The translations under genes were made by a program, and so were the position numbers. Of a stretch of DNA of 64,000 nt, positions 29,071-39,276 are shown piece by piece. The notes beneath the pieces are model-generated. The model was not told where the DNA came from and ran no database searches. It was given only the letters and a program-made list of their open reading frames with translations. Within the stretch, counting starts at the first letter, position 1; each line of letters opens with the position of its first letter. The stretch is from Parcubacteria group bacterium GW2011_GWD2_42_14 (GTDB taxonomy: Bacteria; Patescibacteriota; Minisyncoccia; Phycocordibacterales; UBA12088). Location: assembly GCA_000998045.1 (NCBI GenBank), contig LCCS01000007.1:5220-69219 (forward strand), given 5' to 3'.

Positions 29071-29116
29071 AGTGTACCCTTCCTAGTACATTAAGTACAA
29101 GGGAAAGTGTTTATAA
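29071..29116 (-). promoter_or_regulatory. -10 TACACT with upstream 9-mer TTATAAACA
   Basis: -10 at 29071-29076, 8 nt before ATG 29062; box at 29108-29116, 31-bp gap. Confidence 0.45.
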
Positions 29117-29265
29117 ACTCTAGATTCTCATTTCAAAAACCTTAACTACTCTAAATTAACCATCGGAATTATATAATTAATACTAGTATACATACTAGTT
29201 ATAATTCTAGTATTTTTTCGCGTATTAACTCAGAACTCGTCACTCGTCACTCGCTTTACTCTTAT

Positions 29266-32200
29266 TTAGAACACTGGCAATACAATATATACAATCTTAC
29301 TCTCATATATACCTGCAGGCTGACCTTCACCTGCGCCTATTCTATATATAATGTCTGTTGTTTCATCATGTACAGGCCCCGAGCTATAGGCTATTTCTTC
29401 AAGTGTCTCCGTAAGTGGCGCAAACGTGTCATTAAGTAAGAATCTTGTTGAACCTCCTGTAAGGGTATTATCACCAGCATGATACCCATAGCAACTTTGT
29501 GCTGTTACCAAACATCCCGTCGTCCACGGTACCGGCGAGCTGTTTGAACCTGCAATATCCTCAATTCCTACCCCTCCACTACTCATAAGGTTTTGGCGTT
29601 CATACGCCACCACCTGATACCCTTCGGTCGCGTTTGTGGTAACAGTTAACCGTTGCACTGCTTCCTTCGGTACACCAAGCTCAAGTACCCCAAACGGTAT
29701 CGAAGTTGCCGAAGTTTCCACATCAGCAACATATCCTTCGGTTGAAAATCCAGCGGTGACACCTTGAATTGAGAAACTTAACGTTGCACCCTCGGTTGAA
29801 AGCGAAGGATAACTTGTGAGTGTTGTGGAAGCAGTAACCGGGGTATCACGTTCTACATCATATAGTCTAAAGAAGTACGTCATATTATTTCGTGCGTTGT
29901 TGTGCTGTAGGGTAAATTCAAACTCCTTTTTTGTGACGTTGGTGAATACGAAGCCTGAGTCGCCTGCACGATACAATACACCTCCTGTAGCATGTGCAAG
30001 ATATGCAATTACTTCAGAGGTGTGGGTGAGCTCTCCATCGTCACGCTCATCAATAGCAAACTGAGCCGAATCTGCATCAACATTGCCATAACGTACCCAT
30101 CCCCCTTCGGCACCATTGCGCGTCTGCTTATGTGCAATAATCCCGGGAATACCGATAAACAACTGTGTAAACGCTTGTTCGTACCATGGAATATCTGCCC
30201 ATCCAGTAATGGACTCCGTTGTGGTCGTCGCCTCAAATGCAATGCCGTTGTTGGTAAATACACCTCCTTCAATGGCGATCCAGCCTATGGTCTCTGTATT
30301 TGTGGGTTCCGCCGTTTCACCGTCAGGTACCTCTATTGAACAAGCAAAAGTATTCGCATTTGGCAAGGCGATAGAAGTAGTCAAGAAATCAGGTGAATTT
30401 GTGTTGTTGTTGGTCTGCAATGAGGTGAGTATGACCGGCGTACTCGAAAATGTCTGTGTAAACGTACACGTATCATCTGAGGCGCCACTCACCGCATTAC
30501 CATAGTAGTGATTAGTATCAAGTGTATTTACATCTACTTTTCTTCCATCAGGAAGGGTATACGACCCACGCTCCATAACTATGTATGACAACAATTCCTC
30601 CCCGTGAGTGTCGGGCTCATTGTCCGGCTCTTGTATACGGACCGTAAAACTTGAGGTGGTGGTACCCGTGATAATCGCCACTGCCGGTCTATTCAGTGCA
30701 CCACCTCCCGTATCTCCAGAAATCGCTTCAACAATAAAGACAGGATCGATGTAGGTATGTGCAAGAGTTACTGTTGTTCCTACACTGTCCGCAGTCGTCG
30801 TTCCTACTTCACCAACGACTTCCGGAGTATATGAGTACTCATTGTATGTTCCACATCCGTCCCCTACTCCTCCTACGCAACTATCGGAAGTGGCGAGTAC
30901 TGCTTCGTCAATAAACTCTCCTTCCGCACCTGCTCCATCCGCATAGCACCACGGGGAGCTTGTAGTACAACTATCTCTATCGGTCACATCAGTCACCACA
31001 CTAAAGTCAGAAAATTCTGACCACTGAAGTTTAAATTTCGTATTACCTCCATCACGACCTGCAATCTCTTCCACCAGCACCCGTAGCTTGAGAACTTCCG
31101 CTTGTGGAATATTGGACGGCGCAGTATTAGTGGCTGCTAGTGATGAAACGGGCGTGACTGCGGTCTCATCGTCATACCATCGCCAGTCTTTTTGTTCTGT
31201 ATCAAATCCTGCTATGGTGATAGTGGGGTAGTAGAGGTACTCATCAAGTTCACTACCATCTGACTCAACCATACGGAAACAGTAGCTCGAAAAATCTACC
31301 ACCCCATTTGCCTCAAGTATCCAATCATACTCAACATCATCCCCGAAATATATTTTGTAAGGATTGAGTGCTGTTGGGTTCGCTTCTTCATATGTTCCAG
31401 CACGACTTGAAACAGAAAGATTTAAATCACCTACTGTTGGAGGATTTGTTGAGAGAGTCGAACCACTGAGCGGAGTAGCATTATATCCACGCCACAGTAC
31501 GGTTGTTGAAGCAGAATCTCCCGTGTCTAGCCATGTACTTATTGCGGAACATGCCGTATCACGAGTACCGTACTGTAGCTTGTACTGTTTTGTTCCTTGA
31601 GAGATGTTTGCACCAGAAACAGAAAGCGACATGCGTACGCGCACCCTATCTCCATCGGAAGGTGCCATATCAAGTCCTGTAATCGTGGTGTTTTCACCCA
31701 AATCAGCCACACCTAACGGCCATGGATCGGTTGGGTCAAGAGTGTCATTGTCAACGTAAAATCGGAAATAGTTTTGACTCACCTTCAGTACCGCTGTCGG
31801 CCAATCCACGACTTCTGTGCGGTATGCACGGCCAGTACCAGTGTCTGATATCCAGAGTTGGTAGAACGTGGTAGAGGTGATACCCGCCCCCATAATTGCT
31901 CGAGGATGCACCGTGTCAGTACCAAGTCCCCACATGTTCATAAAAATGGAACCATTTGAGAGTGATGAAAGTGTTCTACCTATCGCAATCGAATACGTTG
32001 ATGGCTCAACACCTCCAGCGTTTTGTGTCGCATTTGACCGTGCAACTACCATCGGGCTACCAGTAATTTGTGTGTTTTCAATAACCCACGCTACCGAAGT
32101 ATGAGAACTAGCAGTCCTCACGGTCCCTGGAACACTATATGCAACTTGCCCAACACTGGAGAGCCAAACCTGATGCCCGTACTCATCAACACGGTTATCT

Positions 32201-35200
32201 ATCACTCGTTTTTGCGTATGCAAAAAAGCACGTGACAAATCATTAACTGGTGTAATATTTTCAACCTCGGTCGCTCCCGGGGTGTTATACGTATGTTCAC
32301 TGCGCTGAGTCTTCCAGTTATCTCCAGTAAACTCTACAATTGCATAACTTACCACCGAAGCAACTGAGCCAGTTATACCTCGGGTAAAGGTTGCATCATC
32401 TGATCCACTATTCCATACAGCAGTTGAAAGACCTGCAGGATAGCCAGTCGAGTTAGCCGAAGGGTTCTGCTGACCTGTGATAAACACAACAACATCATTG
32501 TCGTTCGCCACATCTTCTATAGTCGGCGTTGTCACCGTCGTGTTCGCTGAACCATATATTGCATTTTCTTGCGCTCGTACAATCATTTCATTATCTCCTC
32601 CTGCAGGTCCTGTATACTCGATAATTTCCCAGTAAATACGAGTCGAATTTGTTATACCGGTACGTTGGAACGTGACACTGTTTGTAATGTTACTTGGATT
32701 TTGGATACTTGTGGTTACATTACTTGCATTTTGGGTTCCACCTCCCGACGTCGCTCCTGCGCCGGTATGCGAAGCATTTGTGATACGTATAAATGCACTC
32801 GTACTCGCTTTCGGTGCAACATACTCGACACCTGCAGTGATAGTGACCGAGGAAGTGGTGTTTGCAATGTCGCTCACCCCACGTTGAATGTAAAAGTCCT
32901 GATTGGTACTCACCACAGCTTCTGCATATGTCTCGTAGGCCAGTGCCCCCTCCTCGTCTCTCACTCTAAAACAGTATGTCGTACCTGCTGTCGCGTCTAT
33001 GTTTGGCTCAATAACGTACTCAAGTTCCATAAACTCATCCGGTTCGAGTGTAAGGATATCGCTCACTGCAGTGTTTTCAATAACACCGCTGTTTGGTGTC
33101 AAGAAAATCGCGTTTTCGTCAGACACCCCACCAAGTGCAGCTGCAATGTTAGTAGTATCACTGCCTGCAGTCACCTCTTCAGACTCCGAAGGACTCCAGA
33201 CAGCGCCCGTTGAACCCACAGTCGCCCACTCTGAGATTGCACTACACGTCGTCACTCGTTCTGCGTATTCAAGAGTAAACACAGAAGGGTCAGAGCTCGT
33301 TGCACCTTTGTTACTTACTGCAAATCGAAGTCTTTCGACGACACCTGATAACGCTCCCGTAATCGGGACATCCTCAACTCCACCAGTTTTTGATGTTGCG
33401 AGCGACTCACTGCCATCGTCATTCCTAAAATGGTAGTGCTCCAAAACCAATAGCGATTTTTCAATAGTCGTTGAACCAGTGGGACCAACAGGATAGCTTG
33501 GGTTTATCGTACCAGTGGACACCGAGACATCAGTACTTGGATTCGCAATTGATATTTGAATGGTTTCGAGGTTCCCTGCATCAGAATCAACGTCCATTAC
33601 GGCATACACACATATAGCAAACGAATCTGTAATACCCACAGTTTCAGTGAAGGTTATAGTACCATTAGCACTTGAGAAACCATTCACAGCAGTCGATCCA
33701 TACTGTTCTTCATTTCCATCATAACTTTCACTTGCGCACGTATACGGACTTGATGAATCAAGCTCGTACAGCAATTTTATGTTTTTGAGATTGTTTTGTG
33801 CATCTACGGTTCCTGTTTCGCTAAGTATGATGGAGTTCACATCACGAGGGCCAGAGAAATCTTGCAACACCAACGTACCTCCGAGGTAGTTGTTTGTTGA
33901 ACTTGCTTGTACCGCTTCAACATGTGCGCCTTGAGCTGAGACAAACACATCAGACATCATGGCCACTTCAGGAAAAGTATTGTAAACCGGAAGTGCAGTG
34001 CCACTGTCTGTAACACGAAAACAGTAGCTACCTCCATCGACAGCGCCAGCAAGTGCCACAACAGAATACTCAAGTTCTACAAACTCATCCGGTTCGAGAA
34101 TAAGCGCACCTGTCTCGCTCGTTGTGTCACGCACACCACCGTTTGGAGTGAGAAATACTGCATTTTCATCAGTCACTCCACCCGTAGCTTCTCCTATGTT
34201 GGTCGTCGAATTTCCTTCAGTAAGGTTTAACGAGTTATACATATCCCACGCACCATCCACGGAGGCTACGTTCGTCCACCCTTCTGTCGTTGCGGAACAA
34301 GTCCCATTGAGTAGAGCATACTCAAGACGAAACGTGGTAGCAGTCGACGCCGAAATACCTTCGTTTGACACCTGCACACGTATACGTTGCGGTGACGCTT
34401 CAGGGAAGTTAGTCAACACCGTATCTTCATTGCCCTCTGTCGCACTTCCCGCTCCCGACTCACTCCCGTTGTCTAAACGCCAATGATAGTGTGTCTGTGT
34501 GAGAAGTGGTGCGGTGAGTGTTGTTGTATCTGGAATTTCAAGTGGTTCAGATTGGATAAGCAACAAATCTCCTCCACCAAGCACCACATCATTACCCGAG
34601 GTAATTTGAAGCTCAATCGTTTCTCCAGAAAGAGCGTTTGTGGTGACATCCATGATGGGATAGAGACACACTGCTTGTGTACTTGAAGCGGAGACTGCTC
34701 CTGCAAACGATGCGGTGCCGTTTGCACCACTGAAACCATCCGCATCGGTCACCCCATACTGCAGTTCACTGCCTCCGTAGCTTTCACTTGCACAGTCATA
34801 GGGTGCGGTTGTATCAAACTCATAGAGTAGTGTAATGTTATCAAGACTATTTTGTGCATCTACAGTTCCTGTTTCAGTGATGGTAACATCAGTTACCGTA
34901 TGGGTTTCTACACTACCATTATCTACTATAACAAAAGCCCCACCAACATGTTGGCTCACGCTCGGAATCGTCATTTCCGCAACCTGTGCTCCTGTTGTTG
35001 TCGCAAACGCATGTATCCTATAGGTAGCCTCTGGGTACCGAGGGTACTCGGACAGTGGTGCGCCTTGGTCGGAAACACGGAAACAATACTGCGTTGTGTC
35101 GATAGCAAATGAGGTTGGACTAATGGCATACTCTAGTTCAAGAAAATCTGCTCCATTAACAGTCAGCATCCCTGTCTCATCTCCCGTATCAAGTACGGCT

Positions 35201-38200
35201 CCATTGGGGGTAAGAAAATGTGTGTTCTCATCAGGTACACCACCCTCCGCACTCGCAATGTTCGTCGTATTTTCCCCATGGGTAAGGTTCAATGAGTCGT
35301 ACATATCCCACGCACCACCGGCTTCACCGACTCGCGTCCACGTCGACACATCACCACAACTCGTTACTTTTTCACCGTACTCAAGACGAAAAGCTTTCGC
35401 GTTGGTGTTGACCTCTCCTTCGTTTGAAACTTCCAGACGGAGTCGGTACGGTCTTCCCATTTTCGTACTCGACAACGGGGTATCCTCTACTCCACCTGTT
35501 GCCGAAGTCGCCTCGGCTTCATTCCCATTGTTTTCCCGCCAGTGGTAGTGAACCTGGTGCAAGATACTTTTCTGCCACGCTACATATCGGTAGTTGTTGA
35601 TGCCGTTTGCGTTCGTCTCAGCAGCACTTCCCAGAGAAAAACCATTAAAAGTTGTTCCTGTAATTGCGCCGGCAACAGAGCCACTATTGATAAAGGGAAG
35701 TGCTCCATCTCCAACTATGTCAGAAAATCGCCATACACCTTGTGTTGCAGTCGTGCGTTTTATCCAAAGATGAAATGGTTGAAAACCAACAGTGATGTCT
35801 TGACTGGTGCCGTTACCGCTGTATGTTCCAAGTGCAAACGTACTTGATGTTGCAAATCCAAAATACCAATACATGTTTGCAGTAGCATTTACGTTTGAGG
35901 CGTTACCAACCTGAAAACCATCTGTGTTTAAAGTCTGAATTAAATTCACTCCATCAAGTGTCGCGGTAAAGTAACTTGAAAGATCTCCCGTGTGTTCTGT
36001 TGAACGCCACACACCGCCACTCACCCCATTATTCTTTATGGTGAGCATGTCTGGACTGAAAGGTAAATGTGTAATACTGCGATTATCAATTCCATTGCCG
36101 TAGTACGCACCAATAACAAAATCCGCTGCGCCAGAGTTGGTATCCGGATTCCATGCATTTCCAAACGCCGTCCAGTAGTACGTGACCCCGGGGGTATTAA
36201 CCGTTGCGTCGGTACCAATAGAGAAACTTTCCGATTGTAAGGAGGTAATACCTTCTGCGAAGTTTGCGTTTGGTGAATCAAGGTACGCGGTTGAATTTCC
36301 ACCCATAATCCTTGTTGAAAATACTCCTGCTTGTGTAGTGTTTCCTTTAATTATTACCAGATCTGGTTCAAAGCCAAGATCAGAAAATACGAGCGTGTTC
36401 CCTGTACCAACATATGAACCCGAATTCATCTGGTACGTGCCGTTTGCAACGTGAGGAGTAGCTCCACCAAAGGCAGCGTAGTAGTGCGTATTCCCGTTTC
36501 CGTTTGCTGTGTTGCTCGTTCCTACTTGGAAGCCGTCAGATTCCAGAGCCTGTACTGCATTTATCAAGTTCGCCGTATCGGCAAAATAGCTTGAACTGTC
36601 TCCATAGGATTCATTGAGCGAGTGGACTGCACCCACTGCAACATTTGCGTTTTTAGTAAATAACCAATCAGGGCGGAAACCGACACTTCCGATGCTTCTG
36701 TTATCGCTCGTATTTCCGGCATACGTACCTACATCCACTTCTCCTACCGATTCTTTAAACGTGGCAAAGTAATATATACCTGCATTCACGTTGTGCGTCG
36801 TCCCAACTGTAAAACCATTTGCATCTAGGGTCGTAAAGAATGTCCCTGTGGTATCTTCTACTGTTGCGGAAAAATACTGGGCATAGTTGACTGGCATCAC
36901 ACTTGAGCGCCACGTGGGGAGAACAGCGGTAGAGCGCTTCACCCACACCAAATCTGGCTGAAATCCAGAAGGGATGGCCTTCGTCGCACCACCGTCTCCT
37001 GTGTAGCGCCCTACACAAAAGGTCCCTCCCGAAGAACACTCAGATCCACTAAATGCAACCCATGTAAAACGATTGTTTAAATCATTAATTCCTGTTCCTG
37101 CTACACGAAATCCATCATTGGTTAACACGATGAGTCCTGCCGCATTGTCAGCGGTCGCACTCCCGAGGTAGGCAGTGTTGTTTTGGGGCATGGCCACGGT
37201 TTTCCAAACAGCACCCGTTCCGGCTGTGGTGTTCGCTTTAACAATTACCATGTCAGGAGTAAAGCCAAGTCCGCTTATCTCCTTCACTCCTCCATCTCCA
37301 ACGTAATATCCTGTTTGCGTTTTGTATGTTGCGGTACCACGGCTTGTAGTATCAGCCCACACTACATATCGGTAGTTATTAACCCCAAGTGTGTTTGCTT
37401 CCACCCCCGTCCCCACTGAAAAACCGTTCGCATAAAAACCAGTGAGGGCGTCCTGCACCAACGCAGTGTTTAAAAAAGGAAACGACGTCGCTCCTGTGGT
37501 ACTCGCCGTACGCAGAACCCCTTGTACTGCACCAGTTTGCTTCACCCATGCATGGTCTGGCGCGAAGCTTGTATCGACATTGTGTGCCACGCCGGTACCG
37601 CTGTAGGTACCTACTGCAAAGTTTGTCCCTGTTGCAAACCCGAAGTACCAATATAAGCTGGCTGCAGTATTCACGTTCGCAAGAGTACCTATTTGAAAAC
37701 CATCAACGGTTAAACTTTGAATTTGATTTGCACCATCGGCTAATGCATGAAAATAACTTGATACGTCACCAACATGCTCGCTTGAACGCCACACAGCTTG
37801 CGTAGCACCACTTGTCTTTACTGTTAGAAAATCAGGACTGAACGGTAAACGAGTAATACTTCTGTTGTCTAACCCATTTCCATAGTAGGCACCAATAACA
37901 AAATCTTGCGACCCAGTATTTGTCTTGGGGTTCCAGGCATTGCCGTACGCAGTCCACACATACTCGACACCATTTGTGTTGACGGTTGCATGACTACCAA
38001 TCGTAAAGCCGTTAGGTGAGAGCGTTGTGATACCTCCCGCAAAGTTCGCGGTTGCAACACCGAGGTATGCTGTGGAATCACCCCCCATCATACTTGTTGA
38101 GAACACCGCTTGTTCCGTAGAGCTTGCTTTCACAATGACTAAGTCTGGTGCAAAACCAAGATTCGATATAACTCGTGCATTACCATCTCCAACATAGGTA

Positions 38201-39267
38201 CCCGAAACTGCTGTAAACGTCCCTTGAGCACTATGGTCAACAGCACCACCAAAGGCAGCGTAGTAGTGCGTATTCCCGTTTCCGTTTGCGGTATTACTAG
38301 TCCCTACTTGAAACCCGTCAGATTCCAGAGCCTGTACTGCATTTATTAAGTTCGCCGTATCGGCAAAGTAGCTTGAGCTGTCACCGTAGGATTCGTTGAG
38401 CGAGTACACAGCACCCACCGTAGCATTGGCGTTCTTGGTAAACAGCCAGTCGGGACGAAAGCCAACATCAGGAATGCTTCTGTTGTCACTTGTATTTCCA
38501 GTATAGGTACCAACATCGATAACACCCGCCACTTCTTTAAATGCCATGTAGGAGTAAATACCCCCAACAGCATTGTTCGTCGCACCTACACTAAACCCTG
38601 TTGCGTCAAGTGTCGTAAAATATGCACCGGTGCTGTTTTCGAGAGTCGCTGAGAAAAATTGAGCGTAATTGTCTGGCATACTACTTGAGCGCCAGTTTGC
38701 CAAAACAGCTGTTGATTGCTTCACGATGACCAAGTCGGGGTCAAACCCTGTCGGTACCGCCTGAGTCGCGTTACCGTCACCTGTATATCTCCCCACACAT
38801 AGTTGTCCACCAGCACTACAATCAGAACCAGAAAACGCCACCCATGTGTAACGGTTGTTAACCGTATCGGAAAGTGTACCTGTTACGATAAAACCGTTTG
38901 GAGTAAATTGTATTTGAGCCGTGGTATTGTCTGCTGTTGCAACACCCAAGTACGCCACATTATTTTTTGGCATACCAATAGTTTTCATAATAGCGCCCGT
39001 ACCCCCTGCGGTGTCAGCTTTCAGTATTACCACCTCGGGGGTAAACCCAAGCCCGGAAATCTCATTTGAAGATCCGCTTCCCACATAATAACCCGTCTGC
39101 ATCTGGTAGGTAGCAGCTACTACGCGAGTGATGCCGAGGAACCGTGCTATTGGATTATGGAAAACAATTATAAGCACAAGCAGAAGTACCCCCAAGAGAA
39201 GCACAAAACGCCTCACAAAGAGGTGTTGCCATATACGGGATAGTTTGTGAACAATAAACTCCTTCAT
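29266..39267 (-). CDS. Giant 3,333-aa modular adhesin with C-terminal WxL/pilin-like domain
   Basis: N-terminal hydrophobic segment; 12 GxYxGxG...GFxPD repeats; five YHWR...YCFR-type modules; ends YESKIVYIVLPVF. Confidence 0.9.
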   Translation of the reverse strand: MKEFIVHKLSRIWQHLFVRRFVLLLGVLLLVLIIVFHNPIARFLGITRVVAATYQMQTGYYVGSGSSNEISGLGFTPEVVILKADTAGGTGAIMKTIGMPKNNVAYLGVATADNTTAQIQFTPNGFIVTGTLSDTVNNRYTWVAFSGSDCSAGGQLCVGRYTGDGNATQAVPTGFDPDLVIVKQSTAVLANWRSSSMPDNYAQFFSATLENSTGAYFTTLDATGFSVGATNNAVGGIYSYMAFKEVAGVIDVGTYTGNTSDNRSIPDVGFRPDWLFTKNANATVGAVYSLNESYGDSSSYFADTANLINAVQALESDGFQVGTSNTANGNGNTHYYAAFGGAVDHSAQGTFTAVSGTYVGDGNARVISNLGFAPDLVIVKASSTEQAVFSTSMMGGDSTAYLGVATANFAGGITTLSPNGFTIGSHATVNTNGVEYVWTAYGNAWNPKTNTGSQDFVIGAYYGNGLDNRSITRLPFSPDFLTVKTSGATQAVWRSSEHVGDVSSYFHALADGANQIQSLTVDGFQIGTLANVNTAASLYWYFGFATGTNFAVGTYSGTGVAHNVDTSFAPDHAWVKQTGAVQGVLRTASTTGATSFPFLNTALVQDALTGFYANGFSVGTGVEANTLGVNNYRYVVWADTTSRGTATYKTQTGYYVGDGGVKEISGLGFTPDMVIVKANTTAGTGAVWKTVAMPQNNTAYLGSATADNAAGLIVLTNDGFRVAGTGINDLNNRFTWVAFSGSECSSGGTFCVGRYTGDGGATKAIPSGFQPDLVWVKRSTAVLPTWRSSVMPVNYAQYFSATVEDTTGTFFTTLDANGFTVGTTHNVNAGIYYFATFKESVGEVDVGTYAGNTSDNRSIGSVGFRPDWLFTKNANVAVGAVHSLNESYGDSSSYFADTANLINAVQALESDGFQVGTSNTANGNGNTHYYAAFGGATPHVANGTYQMNSGSYVGTGNTLVFSDLGFEPDLVIIKGNTTQAGVFSTRIMGGNSTAYLDSPNANFAEGITSLQSESFSIGTDATVNTPGVTYYWTAFGNAWNPDTNSGAADFVIGAYYGNGIDNRSITHLPFSPDMLTIKNNGVSGGVWRSTEHTGDLSSYFTATLDGVNLIQTLNTDGFQVGNASNVNATANMYWYFGFATSSTFALGTYSGNGTSQDITVGFQPFHLWIKRTTATQGVWRFSDIVGDGALPFINSGSVAGAITGTTFNGFSLGSAAETNANGINNYRYVAWQKSILHQVHYHWRENNGNEAEATSATGGVEDTPLSSTKMGRPYRLRLEVSNEGEVNTNAKAFRLEYGEKVTSCGDVSTWTRVGEAGGAWDMYDSLNLTHGENTTNIASAEGGVPDENTHFLTPNGAVLDTGDETGMLTVNGADFLELEYAISPTSFAIDTTQYCFRVSDQGAPLSEYPRYPEATYRIHAFATTTGAQVAEMTIPSVSQHVGGAFVIVDNGSVETHTVTDVTITETGTVDAQNSLDNITLLYEFDTTAPYDCASESYGGSELQYGVTDADGFSGANGTASFAGAVSASSTQAVCLYPIMDVTTNALSGETIELQITSGNDVVLGGGDLLLIQSEPLEIPDTTTLTAPLLTQTHYHWRLDNGSESGAGSATEGNEDTVLTNFPEASPQRIRVQVSNEGISASTATTFRLEYALLNGTCSATTEGWTNVASVDGAWDMYNSLNLTEGNSTTNIGEATGGVTDENAVFLTPNGGVRDTTSETGALILEPDEFVELEYSVVALAGAVDGGSYCFRVTDSGTALPVYNTFPEVAMMSDVFVSAQGAHVEAVQASSTNNYLGGTLVLQDFSGPRDVNSIILSETGTVDAQNNLKNIKLLYELDSSSPYTCASESYDGNEEQYGSTAVNGFSSANGTITFTETVGITDSFAICVYAVMDVDSDAGNLETIQISIANPSTDVSVSTGTINPSYPVGPTGSTTIEKSLLVLEHYHFRNDDGSESLATSKTGGVEDVPITGALSGVVERLRFAVSNKGATSSDPSVFTLEYAERVTTCSAISEWATVGSTGAVWSPSESEEVTAGSDTTNIAAALGGVSDENAIFLTPNSGVIENTAVSDILTLEPDEFMELEYVIEPNIDATAGTTYCFRVRDEEGALAYETYAEAVVSTNQDFYIQRGVSDIANTTSSVTITAGVEYVAPKASTSAFIRITNASHTGAGATSGGGTQNASNVTTSIQNPSNITNSVTFQRTGITNSTRIYWEIIEYTGPAGGDNEMIVRAQENAIYGSANTTVTTPTIEDVANDNDVVVFITGQQNPSANSTGYPAGLSTAVWNSGSDDATFTRGITGSVASVVSYAIVEFTGDNWKTQRSEHTYNTPGATEVENITPVNDLSRAFLHTQKRVIDNRVDEYGHQVWLSSVGQVAYSVPGTVRTASSHTSVAWVIENTQITGSPMVVARSNATQNAGGVEPSTYSIAIGRTLSSLSNGSIFMNMWGLGTDTVHPRAIMGAGITSTTFYQLWISDTGTGRAYRTEVVDWPTAVLKVSQNYFRFYVDNDTLDPTDPWPLGVADLGENTTITGLDMAPSDGDRVRVRMSLSVSGANISQGTKQYKLQYGTRDTACSAISTWLDTGDSASTTVLWRGYNATPLSGSTLSTNPPTVGDLNLSVSSRAGTYEEANPTALNPYKIYFGDDVEYDWILEANGVVDFSSYCFRMVESDGSELDEYLYYPTITIAGFDTEQKDWRWYDDETAVTPVSSLAATNTAPSNIPQAEVLKLRVLVEEIAGRDGGNTKFKLQWSEFSDFSVVTDVTDRDSCTTSSPWCYADGAGAEGEFIDEAVLATSDSCVGGVGDGCGTYNEYSYTPEVVGEVGTTTADSVGTTVTLAHTYIDPVFIVEAISGDTGGGALNRPAVAIITGTTTSSFTVRIQEPDNEPDTHGEELLSYIVMERGSYTLPDGRKVDVNTLDTNHYYGNAVSGASDDTCTFTQTFSSTPVILTSLQTNNNTNSPDFLTTSIALPNANTFACSIEVPDGETAEPTNTETIGWIAIEGGVFTNNGIAFEATTTTESITGWADIPWYEQAFTQLFIGIPGIIAHKQTRNGAEGGWVRYGNVDADSAQFAIDERDDGELTHTSEVIAYLAHATGGVLYRAGDSGFVFTNVTKKEFEFTLQHNNARNNMTYFFRLYDVERDTPVTASTTLTSYPSLSTEGATLSFSIQGVTAGFSTEGYVADVETSATSIPFGVLELGVPKEAVQRLTVTTNATEGYQVVAYERQNLMSSGGVGIEDIAGSNSSPVPWTTGCLVTAQSCYGYHAGDNTLTGGSTRFLLNDTFAPLTETLEEIAYSSGPVHDETTDIIYRIGAGEGQPAGIYESKIVYIVLPVF

Positions 39268-39276
39268 ACTACTGCA

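Noticed and set aside
36464-38405. Near-identical repeat pair as a DGR template/variable repeat
   Set aside because: Both copies are in-frame in one CDS, mismatches are synonymous and not adenine-specific, and no reverse transcriptase is in the window.
29266-39267. Prophage, because of phage-like repeats
   Set aside because: No capsid, terminase, portal or integrase genes; the protein has a cellular export signal and a fibre-type C-terminus.
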